Shown here one piece after another: positions 12,901 to 27,232 of a stretch of DNA of 64,000 nucleotides. Location: contig OX597814.1 in the NCBI GenBank assembly GCA_951406725.2, positions 190,216,001 through 190,280,000 of the forward strand, read 5' to 3'. The notes under the pieces were generated by a model. The model saw only the letters and a program-made list of their open reading frames with translations. It made no database searches and had not been told where the DNA came from. Both the position numbers and the translations under genes were made by a program. The DNA comes from Octopus vulgaris. Its lineage: Eukaryota. How positions within the stretch are numbered: position 1 is the first letter of the stretch; each line of letters opens with the position of its first letter.

Positions 12901-13730
12901 ATATATATATATATATATATAAATATATATATACCAGTAACGCTTAATTACAGAATAAAACTATTATAATTCCCTAATAAGTACACAAACGCACACACAC
13001 ATACATACAAATGCCTGTCTTGGAGAGCCTGAGATGGAAACAGGCACAGTAACTTCAGTCATACATTCGAGATCGATAAAAAAAAGTATATTGAGCTAGA
13101 GCATAGATTAGCAGAACTGCAAGAGCATCGGACAAAAGGCCTTGTTATATATGTTCTGGCTCTTTGAGCTCGGATTTAAATCCCTCCATAGCCTACGTGG
13201 CTGATAGATTTAAGGACGTTGTCACGTTTAACCCTACCAATTGGCTCAGTGGGATGACTAGCGGAGTTCACACTGTTGCAATCATTCGAACAAGTTTACA
13301 GATTTGAGAATACTCTCCCGTCTCCCTCCCATGTTTTTAAGGGGCCCTTTAAAATGTCATGGATACAAACTTCCCACCTGCGCAAGTGATATGAGAAAGA
13401 AACTCAATTCTAAATAATCCGTCACTGGTCCTGATCTCATATTGTCCGAAGCCCTTATGGAGCCGCCTGAACTTCTTTAGTAGTGGGATACTTCGCAGGA
13501 TTATGGGTTACCATTGGTTAGATTTCCTATCTAACCAATGACTCAACTCAGAAACTGGGATACACCTTGTCATTTGTATGATTCGGGACATCAGCTCAGA
13601 CTGTTTGGTCATGATGCTTAATTTTCCAAGTTAGACCTTGCGTACCATGACCTCTTCTCTGAGGACTCGGATGGGATGGTGGTTCGTGTTTGGCAGTCAC
13701 ATGCCACATGGTGACGGCGGATGAAGAAGT

Positions 13731-14148
13731 ACCTATTTCTTTACTACCCACAAGGGGGTAGACACAGAAGGGACAAACAAGGACAGACAAACGGATTAAG
13801 TCGATTATATCGACCCCAGTGCGTAACTGGTACTTATTTAATCGACCCCGAAAGGATGAAAAGCAAAGTCGACCTCGGCGGAATTTGAACTCAGAACGTA
13901 GCCGCAGACGAAATACCTATTTCTTTACTACCCACAAGGGGATAAACACAGGGAGGACAAACAAGGACAGACAAACGGATTAAGTCGATTATATCGATCT
14001 CGGTGCTTAACTGGTACTTATTTAATCGATCCCGAAAGGATGAAAGGCAAAGTCGACTTCGGCGGAATTTGAACTCAGAACGTAGCGGCAGACGAAATAC
14101 GGCTAAGTATTTCGCCCGGCGTGCTAACGTTTCTGCCAGCACGCCGCT
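13731..14148 (-). mobile_element. SINE family B dimer
   Basis: Head at ~14100-14148, then two ~184-bp units joined at gtaaagaaatag|gtatttcg. Confidence 0.85.
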
Positions 14149-14373
14149 GTGGAGATGGAGATTGAGTGGGACACTGCTCAGAGGGTTACCCGGAAGCCCT
14201 CGAGCAAATACCGACAAATGATGGCTGCCTCGACACGCTACAACAGCGCATGTTCCCATACCTGACCTAACCTGGTCTTTATCATATGACATGATTTGAC
14301 ACAACCTCATAATATCATACTTTCAGGATCGATAAAGAAATTGGTAGTCAGCATTTATTTCACGCATATGCAA

Positions 14374-14467
<94 letters not shown>

Positions 14468-14743
14468 GCATATTTTCATTGATGTCTTCTATGAATTTAA
14501 GCTCGTTTATGTCAACGTAATCGTAATTTTAAGGACGTATAAATATATATGTAAGAGTTCATATGTGCATATATGTGTGAGTGTATAGATATTTGTCATA
14601 CCTTTCAACTATATATTGGGTGTACATGTCTTCAGTGTATGTATGAGTGAACGTGTGCTTGTTTTATATGTATGTATATGCGTATTATGTATGCATGTAT
14701 GCATTGCGCACGCACGTGTGAGTGCATGTGTGTGTGTGTATGC

Positions 14744-14809
<66 letters not shown>

Positions 14810-15387
14810 ATGTTTGCATGTATGTATAATATGTACGTAGGTTGCGTTCTTTGGATGTCTTTGAACCGCTTTCTTGTCTGGTAACAAATACATAAAAATA
14901 GTGTTTCGTTCGGCAACGTCCATTCATATTCTTGAAAAATCATAAACATTTTACACTACTTTTGAATTGAGAAGCTGAAAATCCTACAAAAATCCAAGTG
15001 TGCTGGTACACAGAGTGATCAAAATAAGATCGATATCGGCAAATCAAAATGTGCCTTAGAAAGAAAAATTTTTACGAAAATCTCAGATTTGCTATTTTTC
15101 AGTTGATTATACAATTACTGTCATTTTGAAAATGAAGTTATTGTAGTTTCATTGTAGTTCTCTTGTTATACGTACGTACACATCGACTCAATGACACGAA
15201 CACGTACACATCCAGAAGCAACAGAAAATAGATATCACTGGAGTGACAGAGAGAAAGAAAGAGAGAGAAGAAGAGAGGAGAAGAAAGAAAGAATCAAACA
15301 AACTCAAATTCAGAGAGAGTGGAAGTCTATAAGACAAACGATAGAAAGAGAGGTTTTTTAGGGAGGTATAATGAAATTGAAGCGTTT

Positions 15388-15575
15388 CTTATTTCTTTAT
15401 TGCCCACAAGGGGCTAAACATAGAGGGGACAAACAAGGACAGACAAATGAATTAAGTCGATTACATCGACCCCAGTGTGTAACTGGTACTTAATTTATCG
15501 ACCCCGAAAGGATGAAAGGCAAAGTCGACCTCGGCGGAATTTGAACTCAGAACGTAACGGCAGACGAAATACTGC
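15388..15575 (-). mobile_element. SINE family B, headless unit
   Basis: Spans gtatttcgtctgcc to ...taaagaaataagaa; flanked by direct repeat attgaagcgtttctt (probable TSD). Confidence 0.8.
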
Positions 15576-15771
15576 TATTGAAGCGTTTCTTGCCTACATA
15601 AGAAGTATGTTTACGATTCGGCTGTCTAACCTTAAATACCCAGAAATTGACTCATACGCATGTTTTCTACAAGTGGTCGCATGATGGTTGAGTCCTGGTT
15701 TTACACGGGCTATCCAATTCCAACACGTGACAGACCAGCCAGGCGCGGGAAATTATGTCGGCTAGCTGGAG

Positions 15772-16275
15772 CCTTCTTCTTCTTAATCCTTTTTGCCCCT
15801 TGTGGAGCATAGGGCCTCAACAGTTGTTTTCCACTTTTTGCGGTCATTGGCGTGTCTCTTGGCTGCTTCCCATGTCAGGCCGGTGGTCCTCAGCTCGTCC
15901 AAAATGCTCCGCTTCCATGTCTGCTTCGGGCGTCCTCGCTTCTTCTTCCCCTGCGGGTTCCAGTCAAGTGCTTGTCGTGTCACATTTGAGGTTTCTTTCC
16001 GCAGTGTGTATCCGATCCATCTCTATTTCCTTCGTCTAATCTGAACTTGTATGGGCTCCTAGTTGGCCCTTTCCCACAGGTCGGTGTTTGGCACTCTGTC
16101 GAACCACTTCGGATGGAGGATCTGCCGGAGACATTTGTTGATGAAGGTCTGGATCTTCTTGTAGTTGCTGCAGGTGGCTCTTCATATTTCAGAGCCATAC
16201 AAAAGCACAGATTTTACGTTTGAACTAAATAAGCGGAGTTTTGTTCGAGTTGAGATGGCAGTGGACTTCCATACC
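15772..16275 (-). pseudogene. RTE LINE 3' end (RT C-terminus and AAG tail)
   Basis: VWKSTAISTRTKLRLFSSNVKSVLLYGSE...TRQALDWNPQGKKKRGRPKQTWKRS...VEALCST; (AAG)n tail. Confidence 0.9.
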
Positions 16276-17771
16276 TAAAGCCTACCAGGTGGGATCTCAG
16301 CAAAGATGAGAGTTGCTTTGCAGATAGTCTTAACGCGCTGTTGTATTTCGTTTGGTCAAACATACATTACCCAGTTCCAACTGTATGAGAAACCAAATGT
16401 ATATTTTCTTCAGACTGTATCATTGTAGATGTACCAACGTTTCCTCTACCGATTAATTTAGCGGTTGAATAAAGTGTGGCAGTCAATTGCAACTCGTTTT
16501 CTTGTATTTCTTTCCGCTGGTATACCTGACTCATTGGAACCAAGAAATTGTAATCATACCCGGGCCAGAGCTACTCTAATCAATTCGCTAAAAATGCATG
16601 TAGGCGTAGGAGTGGCTGTGTCGTAAGTAGCTTCCTTACCAACCACATGGTTCCGGGTTCAGTCCCACTGCGTGGCATCTTGGGCAAGTGTCTTCTACTA
16701 TAGCCTCGGACTGACCAAATCCTTGTCAGTGGATTTGATAGACGGAAACAGAAAGAAGCCCGTCATATATATGTATACATACATACATACATACATACAT
16801 ACATACATACATACATACATACATTCATACATACATGTGCATACACAAGTACACATGCATGCTGGCGCACACACATGCGCACAAACAGACAAAAGGAACG
16901 CACCTCCAATAACGGACAGAGTCAACATCCATTGACAAGGTTGCAAAGGCAACGAAAATTTTGGAAGAAAAAATATGAATAATAAATGAATGGAAATCGA
17001 ACCATATTAAGACAATATGATTCTCTCTAGACACACAAAGTTTGCTTTAACACACGAATTCACAAGGAACCTTGCAAACCAGTTAAAAAACGAAGTAAGA
17101 AGGGAGTGTTTTCTAAGTAAAGAGCAAATTTCCTCTACTGGAATTTTGGCGATCATTGCTGTGCCAAACCCATGCAGAACTTTAGAAAAAACTATGTTAC
17201 ACCAATTCTACTGACATGTATATCCTCATGTATACTAGGCAAGCTTAACGTTTCATAAATACAATATATCCTTTTTAGGGGACAATATTTATGTATGCAA
17301 GTGTGTATAATCTGCGTGTGTATATTTTTTATTGATTTATATTAATCCTTCTCCGAATTTAAGCCCGCTTCAAACAGTGTCAAAGCGTTTTTGTTTATTT
17401 GTGAAAGGGTGTATAACTATGTATGTCCGAATTCATGTGTGTGTATACGTGTGTATATGTAGGTATTTGTTATGACTTATGTGTGCGTTTGTGTGCTTGG
17501 TTTTATGTAAATCTGCGTGCATATATATTTGCAAGCAAATATGCATGCATGTATGTATATGTGTTTGTTTGGACTTTGTTTACGTGTTTTGGACCGTTTT
17601 CAAGTCTGGTCACAAACTTATAGAATTCGAATACATCAAAGTAATATTTCGTTCGACAATGTTCCTTCTGACACTTTAAAATTCATAATGGTTTCATACA
17701 ATATTGTAATTGAATAACGTCAAAATGTATTAAAATCCATATGTGTGGCTACACAGAGAGAGTTCAAAATA

Positions 17772-17933
17772 AGGAGTGGCTATGTGGTAACTTACTTACC
17801 AACCACATGGTTCCGGGTTCAGTCCCACTGCCTCGGGCTTACTATAGCCTCGGACCAACCAAAGCCTTGTGAGTGAATTTGGTAGACGGAAACTGAAAGA
17901 AACCCGTCGTATGTATGTATATATATGTATATG

Positions 17934-17993
<60 letters not shown>

Positions 17994-17994
17994 C

Positions 17995-18032
<38 letters not shown>

Positions 18033-18241
18033 ATATTTGTGTGTCTGTGTTTGTCTCCCCAACATCGTTTGACAACCGATGCTGGTGTGTTTACATCCCC
18101 GTAACTTAACGGTTCGGCAAAAGGTTCCGATAGAATAAGTACTAGGCTTATAAAGAATAAGTCCTAGGGTCGATTTGCTCGACTAAAGGCGTTGCTCCAG
18201 TATGGCCGCAGTCAAATGACTGAAACAAGTAAAAGAGTAAG
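17772..18241 (+). mobile_element. SINE family A
   Basis: Head, internal (TA)/(TG) tract and tail. Confidence 0.85.
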
Positions 18242-18433
18242 ACAAAATATGTCTACCGAAGATTTACGAAAACACCAGGCAGGTTGTTAGCGTGTTGCAG
18301 TTATAATAGCGAGGTGGTAGTTTCGATTCCTTGAACGGGTGGTGCGTTGTGTTCTTGAACAAAATATTTCATCTCACGTTACTCTGTAATCACTTCAACA
18401 TTCCACGATTTGATGGAGGCAGTGGGCTTATTT

Positions 18434-18748
18434 CTGGCACTCCGTCGGTTACCATGATAAAGGTTCCGATTGATCCGATCAACGGAACAGCTTGCTCCTC
18501 AAATTAAACTACAAATGGCTACGTACTCCACAAACACGCGTGCCCTTAACGTAGTTCTCAAGGAGATTCAGCGTGGTACAGTATGACAAGGCTAGCCCTT
18601 TTGAAATACAGGTACTACTCATTTTTGTCAGCAGAGTGGATGGGAGCAAAGAGAAATAAAGTGTCTTTCTCAAGGACACAACGCGCCGCCGGGAATCGAA
18701 CACACGCCATACGATCGTAAACCGAATACCCTAACCATTAAGCCACGC
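18434..18748 (-). mobile_element. CORE-type tRNA SINE with tail C
   Basis: Head cgtggcttaatggttagggtattcgg..gttcgattcccgg, CORE-like gtccttgagaaagacactttatttc, tail ..ccgacggagtgcca. Other copies at 20028-20210, 29222-29465 and 33645-33965. Confidence 0.75.
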
Positions 18749-19019
18749 AGGGAGAGAGCAAATGTACAATACAAACATTTGATCACTATAAACCAATCAT
18801 CCATGCAGGTTGCTCAACAAGAACTAGCAAAACCCTCATCTGTCGTCTGCGACGAAAGAATCCGACAGTTACTAATAATTCGAGAATCCACCATATTGTA
18901 GCGTTTCGTTGCAATTCACTTCATATATATACACATACATATCGATTCAATCACATACACACATGCGCACACGCTGAAGTGACAGGAAAAGATCAACACT
19001 GTAACGATAAAGAGAAATA

Positions 19020-19270
19020 TACAGGCGAGTAGGCTTAAGGATCAGCCGGGAAAAGACGAAAGTGCTGCGTATCAACAACAAGTAGGAAGAGCCAATCAAA
19101 ATCGAGGGGACACCTATGGAGGACGTTAGTGAGTTTGTCTATCTTGGCAGCAAGATCAGCAAATCAGGTGGATCAGACGAGGACATCACAGCAAGAAGCA
19201 AGAAGGCTTTTCTTCGGCCGGTATAGAAGTCCACTGCCATCTCAACTCGAACTAAACTCCGCTTATTTAG
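19020..19270 (+). pseudogene. RTE LINE RT fragment
   Basis: KTKVLRINN..MEDVSEFVYLGSKISKSGGSDEDITAR..KSTAISTRTKLRLF; same family as 15772-16275. Confidence 0.85.
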
Positions 19271-20368
19271 GTATATATATATATGTATATATACATGCAT
19301 GTATGGGTACAGGACATCGAAAAAACGTTGAACACAATGAGAAACGGAAATATAAAAACAAAAACATAGAAACGAACTTTTTTCGAACAACGAAAACAAT
19401 AGAGAAACGAGACATACAGCATAAATAATATTCCCCTTCTTCAGTTGTCCCTTATTCAGCCGAACAATTATTTTGTTTTAATGAAGGGAAATAACCCGGA
19501 AATCGCGCTACACAGATATTGTTTTGAGCTGAGTTGGGGTGCTAGATACCCTTGTTCGAAAATATAAGGACACAGATCGTGTCGTATAATCAGCAGGAGA
19601 CGATGTTTCATGGGGCTAAATTACAGCAACATTCATCCTAGACCGGGACTGCCATGTTATGTTGGCAAACAATCTTTACTACAAAGTACTGTTGGTGAAT
19701 ATCTCACGTTGTGAGATTTAAAGATAGTAATTTTCTAAGTGCATACATGTTCGCAACATGAAACTTGACCCACAGCTCATTCTATTCGGATTGAGAAAAA
19801 ACTACGTATACTGATGGCATCTTTGACTTGCTAATATTATTAGCAAACTTTTTTTATATGCAAAAGCAAAGTGGCAAAAGACACTCTCAACTTCAAACAT
19901 TTTAGAAACTTTGTGCACGACAGATATCTAATTGAAAAAAAAAACATCATACAATGAAAGCAAGCAAGATGAATTTTATAAGAAAAAAATGGAGGCTCTA
20001 CCTTGAGTTTGTAAACACATGGTGGAAGCACTCCGTCGGTTACGACGATGAGGGTTCCGGTTGATCCGAATCAACGGAACAGCCTGCTCGTGAAATTAAC
20101 GTGTAAGTGGCTGAGCACTCCACAGACACGTGCACCCTTAACGTAGTTCTCGGGGATATTCAGCGTGACACAGAGAGTGACAAGGCCGGCCCCTTGAAAT
20201 ACAGGTACAATAAACACATGGTAGTCCACTAGTGTTACTTCTTGTAGAACTGTATTAAGATTTTATGAGTGATTGACGATTTGAGTGTGTTAGTCTGTTT
20301 TATTTTCTTCTATTTACTTTTTATTTATCCCGTTCTCTCTCTTCTCTTTATTTGTGTTTTATTTATTA

Positions 20369-20933
20369 TTAGGTTGTCCGGAAAGTTCGTGCCGATTTTT
20401 AAAGGAAAGAACAGGTTAATAAATACTTGCTATTACATTTTTAATCAACCAAATATGAACCATTTTGTTGCACAATGCGTCTCCATATTTCCTTTAACTT
20501 GAAAATACCCTCTTCCCAGAATTGAGGTGGTTTCATGGCAAAGAATTCATCAAGGTATCTTTGTACGTAATCCAAAGAATTGAAACTTTTACCATTAAGA
20601 CTATTCTGCAGAGACCTGAATAAGTGGAAATCTGAAGGAGCAATATCTGGTGAATATGTAGGGTGGGGTAACACATCCCAACCGAGCTGCAGCAATTTTT
20701 GTCTGGTTCCCAAAGCATCAAGTGCCGAAAATGAACTTTCTTATCTTCCATTGTAAAGGATTACAGAATTAACACAGGTTATAGGAACATATGCCTTCTT
20801 CCACGAAAAGATAGCTTAAACTGTGCTCTAAATGGAAGTGTAGTCAAATCCTATCTTATGGAATCAACCATGTTCTAAAATAAGTCGAAAGGCAAGCTAC
20901 TATAAATCGGCACGAACTTTCCGAACAACCCAA
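20369..20933 (-). mobile_element. Internally deleted mariner transposon
   Basis: ~30-bp TIRs (ttaggttgtccggaaagttcgtgccgattt / aaatcggcacgaactttccgaacaacccaa) flanked by TA. N-terminal MEDKKVHFRHLMLWE is joined to C-terminal LGWDVLPHPTYSPDIAPSDFHLFRSLQN (YSPDLAP-D motif). Confidence 0.95.
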
Positions 20934-21662
20934 TAGTATTCTTTCTTTCTCTTTTTCTTTCTCTTATATAAAAAGTCCTGTTCTCCATCCGTTTTATACA
21001 AAACTTCACGGTCCTCTGGCCGTGCTGTTCCATATTATGATAGGGAAAACTAAAAATAAAAAGTTAATTAAAAAAAACAAATTATTGTAGAGATTTTCTT
21101 CACCCTCCCAACCTCTTTCTTTCTCATCCTTCTCTCTCTCCTTCTCTCTCTCTCTCTCTTTCTCTCTGTTACTCCTTCCCTCTCTCTGCTGCTGTTGTGG
21201 CTTTGAATACAAGTCAACTTTACGCAAAAAAAACCCAAACATTTCAATAAAATAAAGCTATGTTCTTATTATTTCCAACGAAACTTTATCATTTTAAACT
21301 TGAATGTAGCTTGTTTTCTCCATTTGATGCTCAATGCACAGCATACCTATCAGGTAAAATGTCAGGTAAACTGGAGACATGCTTAAAACCTGTAAACTCC
21401 GGAAGAAAACTCGTAATTCTTTACACGCATATTTCACCTTCAGAAATTGCCCATCTCTCGGTTCCAGATGTGTTTCATAGAATACAATGGCGAAAATAAG
21501 TAAGGTGTGTTTGCGTGTGTGGATGTGTATACGTGCGTAAGTGTATGTGTGCGTTCGTGCATATATATGTGTTTTCATATATATATATGTATATATATAT
21601 ATGTGTGTATGTGTATGTTGTGTGTGTATGTACTTATGTGTGGATGTAAATATATATATATA

Positions 21663-21720
<58 letters not shown>

Positions 21721-21787
21721 TATGTATGTATGTATGTATGTATGTGTGTGTGTATACATCAACACACAAGACAAACATAACATACAT

Positions 21788-21819
<32 letters not shown>

Positions 21820-21856
21820 ATATAAATATATGCATATACACTGACACACGCACACG

Positions 21857-21909
<53 letters not shown>

Positions 21910-21936
21910 ATATATACGCATATATATGTTTATATA

Positions 21937-21985
<49 letters not shown>

Positions 21986-22014
21986 ATATATACGTATAAA
22001 TATATTTACGCATG

Positions 22015-22046
<32 letters not shown>

Positions 22047-22693
22047 TATATACATATGTGTGTACTTGTACACACACGCACGCATACACATACACATACA
22101 CGTTTATCAATATAAACATTTACACCTGATCTATACGCATGGTGTTTGAACGTGTGACCGTGTATTTGTGTACCTGCACGAATGTGAGCTTGAGCGAGTG
22201 TGTATGTGTGAGTCTGTGCGTGTCTGCGCGCGCATATACATAAAAATCTGCGTGCGTGCGTGCATACGTGCGTGCATGGTTGTGTACATGTGTACTTAAA
22301 CGTGTGTGTGTGTGTTGTGTGTGAGTTTGTCTGTGTGGCTAAAGAAACAATTGCAAGCCGTGAAAGAGGCCTCTCTGTCCTTATATAGAGACGACTAGAG
22401 TAAACATCGATTGTCAATATAATAATACCTTCAGAGTTTTTCCACGGGAAGATTTATATAACCTTTTACAAGGAAACTTTTTTTTGCTTAATCTTTTCAC
22501 TAATTTTTACTTCTTTTGTTTCATTCTCTTCTCTCTTCACTACTTCACCACATCCATTCCCCTCTCTCTCTCATTCTGTCTGTTTCATTCTCTCTCTCCC
22601 CCTCTCACTCTCTCTGTCTTTCTCATATATATATATATTATATTATATTATATTATATTATATATATATATTCTTATATATATAAATATTATA

Positions 22694-22741
<48 letters not shown>

Positions 22742-22970
22742 TATATATGTATATTATATTTTATTATATTATATTATATTATATTATATATATACTTGTA
22801 GTAATATATGTGCATATATATTCACGCACACAGGCATATATATGTGTGTGTGTGTGCATAATACATATGTATACATGTATATATATACATATATATGTAT
22901 ACATACATACATATACATATGTTTACATATATATACATATAACTACATATACATATATATACATATATAC

Positions 22971-23016
<46 letters not shown>

Positions 23017-23579
23017 TACAACTTTTCTTTGTTATATACATATATATAGGTGTTTATATTGTTTGTATATATATATATATATATACATATAAAGTTAATC
23101 CAAACATATATATATATATATATATACATACATACGCACGCACACGCATATACATTCATTTCTATGTCTATTTAGTTATCAGTTTATTTATTTATCCTTT
23201 TATCTAGCTACTTGGCTGTCTCTAATGTTTCTTTTCTTTATCTCTGTTTTTTTCTTTTTCCTTTCATTTTCACATTATTTCACTCTCTGTCCCTCCTTGC
23301 TGCATCCAAAATAACTCGTTTGTATATATTCATCGCTCTTTATTTTTGCCTATCTAACTCCCACCATCTCTCTGTCTCTTTGCTTCCCTGCCCTCTCTTT
23401 TCCTCGCCCTCTCTCTTTTACTCTCTCTTTCTCTCTCACACTCCTCCTCCCCATTTCTCTGTCTTTCCTTCTTAGACATTCACTGCACTTTTTCCAGTCT
23501 TTGTTCCTTCATTTTTTCTCCTTATGTTTGTCTAAGATTCTTTTACCTTTATGGCAATTACTATGCAACTTTCTCCCCC

Positions 23580-23613
<34 letters not shown>

Positions 23614-24417
23614 TACACACACACACACACACACACTCACACACACATACGCACGCGTACACGCATATAAATTTGACATGGGCGATTCTTTCTTGTCTTG
23701 GGATTCATGGTCAAACGGCTGGGTGGAATTGCGCGAAAAATTAAACACAGATGTGTAGAATGATCCGGTGGTGTTGCTGGGCTTTGTATCTTTTTCATAG
23801 CTCCTATGGTTACCGAGATAATCTACTATAATAATACTCTTGTGTTTATGAATGAGAAAGGAAGGGGTAATAGATGAATAAGGAAAGAAGGAGTGATGTC
23901 ATACTTGGCAGTGGGATGATGAAAATTGTACGCTGAAAAAGTAAATCAAACAGCGTTTCAACTCTGTCTGAATATATGTGTATGTATGTAAAAGGGGAGT
24001 ATGTGAATGTGTGTGCGTGTGTGTGTGCTTGTGTGTGTGAGTGTGCGCGCAATTTAAGTGGGATGGTTCATTTTTGTTCGCTTAGTATTTGGGTTTATTT
24101 TTTGATTTGGTTGAATCTTGGTTGGTTTCTTTTTCGTTGGTCAGTTATTTTTAGCGTTTTGACAGAAAAAGTCATTCTAAAATTGTTTTTTAACGTAAGC
24201 GTGCCCAAACAAGTCGAATGCTTACACAGAGTAGGTTTTACAACCACATCATCCAAACCGACCGGGTGAAACCGGGCTTAGCTGCTAGTATATATATATG
24301 TTGAAAATATGTGGAAAACATATAAAAAGTGGAAGAGAAATGTCTTCGTTTCACATAGTTTAATATCTTTTTATAAAGAATTGTGTTAAAAAATATATAT
24401 ATATTATGGATGTAGTG

Positions 24418-24463
24418 ATATCCAACCGGATTTCGCTATTTAAACTAGCTTTTCAAGGGACAT
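24418..24463 (-). ncRNA. Hammerhead-like motif with a U3:A8 core variant
   Basis: Reverse complement: tgtccc TTGAAAA GCTA-gtttaaa-TAGC GAAA tccg GTT ggata; stem I imperfect. Confidence 0.4.
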
Positions 24464-24623
24464 AGTGAAGTAATCAATTCTTGTGACAAAGGGGTCTCGC
24501 CATTTTGGATGCTTGAAAAATAAGAAAGAGTCTAGAGAGTGGACCAAGGGAGGTAACAGGTGGCAAAGGGGACAACTAAATCCTCAGTATAATTTTTGAA
24601 GTGGTCAAGTTTGTATATTAAGG

Positions 24624-25379
24624 TGTAGGAATTCGGCAAAGAAATGAATTTTCGGGATGTAGTCTGGAAGGTTTTTTCGTATTAATCGTTTGGACTTTGT
24701 AAACACATACCAATTGTTTTCATAACATTTTTAACGCTTTGAATTAAATATGACCATTTTGCATTGAGTCTGCAGTTTGAATCACTTTAACCAAATTTTA
24801 GCAGGCCAGATTTTTGATCATCACGATACATCGCCAGCGACTCCCTGAAACTCTCCCCTGAAATCCCCGTTGAGAAATCTATATATATATAAAACTCAAC
24901 TTGTGTGTCTGTGTGTGTATCTGTGTGTGTGTCTGTGTGTTTAACTTTTGGATCTACCAAGTTTCATTATTAAGGATGGAAAGTAGTGTGTAGCAAATCT
25001 ATATATATAAAATTGAAGTTATCTGTGTGTGGCAGGTTTGGTAGCCGTCAAATAACACTGCAGGGTCTCCTGCAGCGCAAGTTGACCAAATTTGAGAGTA
25101 TGGTAGAAGAAGGCTTGCTCTTCATTCTGTAGAAGATAAAATTCAAATTGGACCATGTTAACACCAAAAATTATTTACATCAAAAAGGTGCTTTTTTTCT
25201 ATGAAAATCCCTATTTTTTTTACGATTTTTGACTGCTTGTGTCATCATTTTTCGGTGTATTTCAACTGGAAAAAGGTTCACTTGAGAATAACAAGTTGCA
25301 TGATACCAAAATTTACTTTTCAAAAATTCCAATTCTAAAGGGTCGAAACAAACCCAAGCAACGCCGGGCGATACTGCTA

Positions 25380-25380
<1 letters not shown>
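24624..25380 (+). mobile_element. Compound non-autonomous Helitron-like element
   Basis: 3' subterminal cccaagcaacgccggg hairpin plus CTAG followed by T; TCTATATATATAAAA 5'-type termini at 24878 and 24998; homologous to 49723-50480. Confidence 0.7.
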
Positions 25381-25451
<71 letters not shown>

Positions 25452-26121
25452 ATATATATATATTTACATATATATTTATATATATATATATATATATACA
25501 CAAGCATTTACATATATATACACACACACACATATAAACACATTCACATATTCATACATGCATACATACATACATGCATACACACATACATACATACATA
25601 CATACATACATACATACACACATACACACATACATACATACATACATACATACATACATACATACATACATACATACTCAAACAAGTATACGTTCTTTCT
25701 CGTACTCTATCCTTCCATAATAAATGCATCAACGTCACAACCTTAAAACCATATGAGCTTTCTTTGACATCGCCAACGCCACCACCTTAGCTGTACGTAT
25801 CCTGCGGATAACTTAAACACACACATACAAACAGAAAGACACATGTCCACACACACACGCACACGTGTGCGCGCACTCACTTATTCACACATGCTTCGCA
25901 CTCAGAGATTCGTCTGATTTCCATTGTTTTCTAAAGCATTTGTTTACACAGTTGATAACATTTTAAACGTGGGGCCTCAAATGTTGGTGTTCTCGTTACT
26001 AGAAACAACGTTAACACTCCGTACTGCAAATACACACGCACGTACATTTATTTATGCATACATATATATTATGTGTAACTTATTATACGTATTTGTGTGT
26101 GTGTGCATATATACACACACA

Positions 26122-26203
<82 letters not shown>

Positions 26204-26245
26204 ACACACTCACACATTTATACATATATAATATATATTAACTGT

Positions 26246-26889
26246 GGAGGCGCAATGGCCCAGTGGATAGGGCAGCGGACTCGCGGTCGTGGGACCGCGG
26301 TTTCGATTCCAGACCGGGAGTTGTGAGTGTTTATTGAACGAAAACATCTAAAGTTCCACAAGGCTCCGGCAGTGGGGTAGGTGGCGAGCCCTGCTGTGCT
26401 CTTTCACCACAACTTTCCCTCACTTCTTTTTTCCTGTTTCTGTTGTACCTGTATTTCAAAGAGGCCAGTCTTGTCACAAGAACTACATTAAGGGTACACG
26501 CGTCTGTGTATTTCAAAGAGGCCAGCCTTGTCACAAGAACTACATTAAGGGTACACGTATCTGTGTATTTCAAAGAGGCCAGCCTTGTCACAAGAACTAC
26601 ATTAAAGGTACACGTATCTGTGTATTTCAAAGAGGCCAGCCTTGTCACAAGAACTACATTAAGGGTACACGTGTCTGTGTATTTCAAAGAGGCCAGCCTT
26701 GTCACAAGAACTACATTAAGGGTACACGTATCTGTGTATTTCAAAGAGGCCAGCCTTGTCACAAGAACTACATTAAGGGTACACGTGTCTGTGGAGCACT
26801 CAGCCACTTGCACGTTAATTTCACGAGTAGGCTGTTCCGTTGATCGGATCAACTGGAACCCTCGTCGTCGTAACCGACAGAATGCCACG
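26246..26889 (+). mobile_element. tRNA-derived SINE (head D, tail C) containing a 57-bp x6 minisatellite
   Basis: ggaggcgcaatggcccagtgg..ggtttcgattcc head; tail shared with 18434-18748. Confidence 0.8.
26451..26792 (+). repeat. 57-bp tandem repeat, 6 copies
   Basis: Unit gtatttcaaagaggccagccttgtcacaagaactacattaagggtacacgtatctgt starts at 26451, 26508 and so on; explains the 19-aa periodic ORFs. Confidence 0.95.
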
Positions 26890-27042
26890 ATATATGTATT
26901 ATATATATATGTGTGTGTCTGTGTATGTGTATGCATATGCATACATATCTATATGCTTATATACACACACACACACACATGAGTATATATATATATATAT
27001 ATCCTCATGTGTGTATGTATATATGCATATAGATATGTATAT

Positions 27043-27092
<50 letters not shown>

Positions 27093-27146
27093 TATATATA
27101 TATTATATATATATATCCTCATGTGTGTGTGTATATATGCATATAG

Positions 27147-27232
<86 letters not shown>

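Noticed and set aside
26331-26982. 179-aa and 203-aa ORFs with 19-aa repeats; superficially CRISPR-like periodicity
   Set aside because: A 57-bp tandem repeat with no unique spacers, inside a SINE in eukaryotic DNA.
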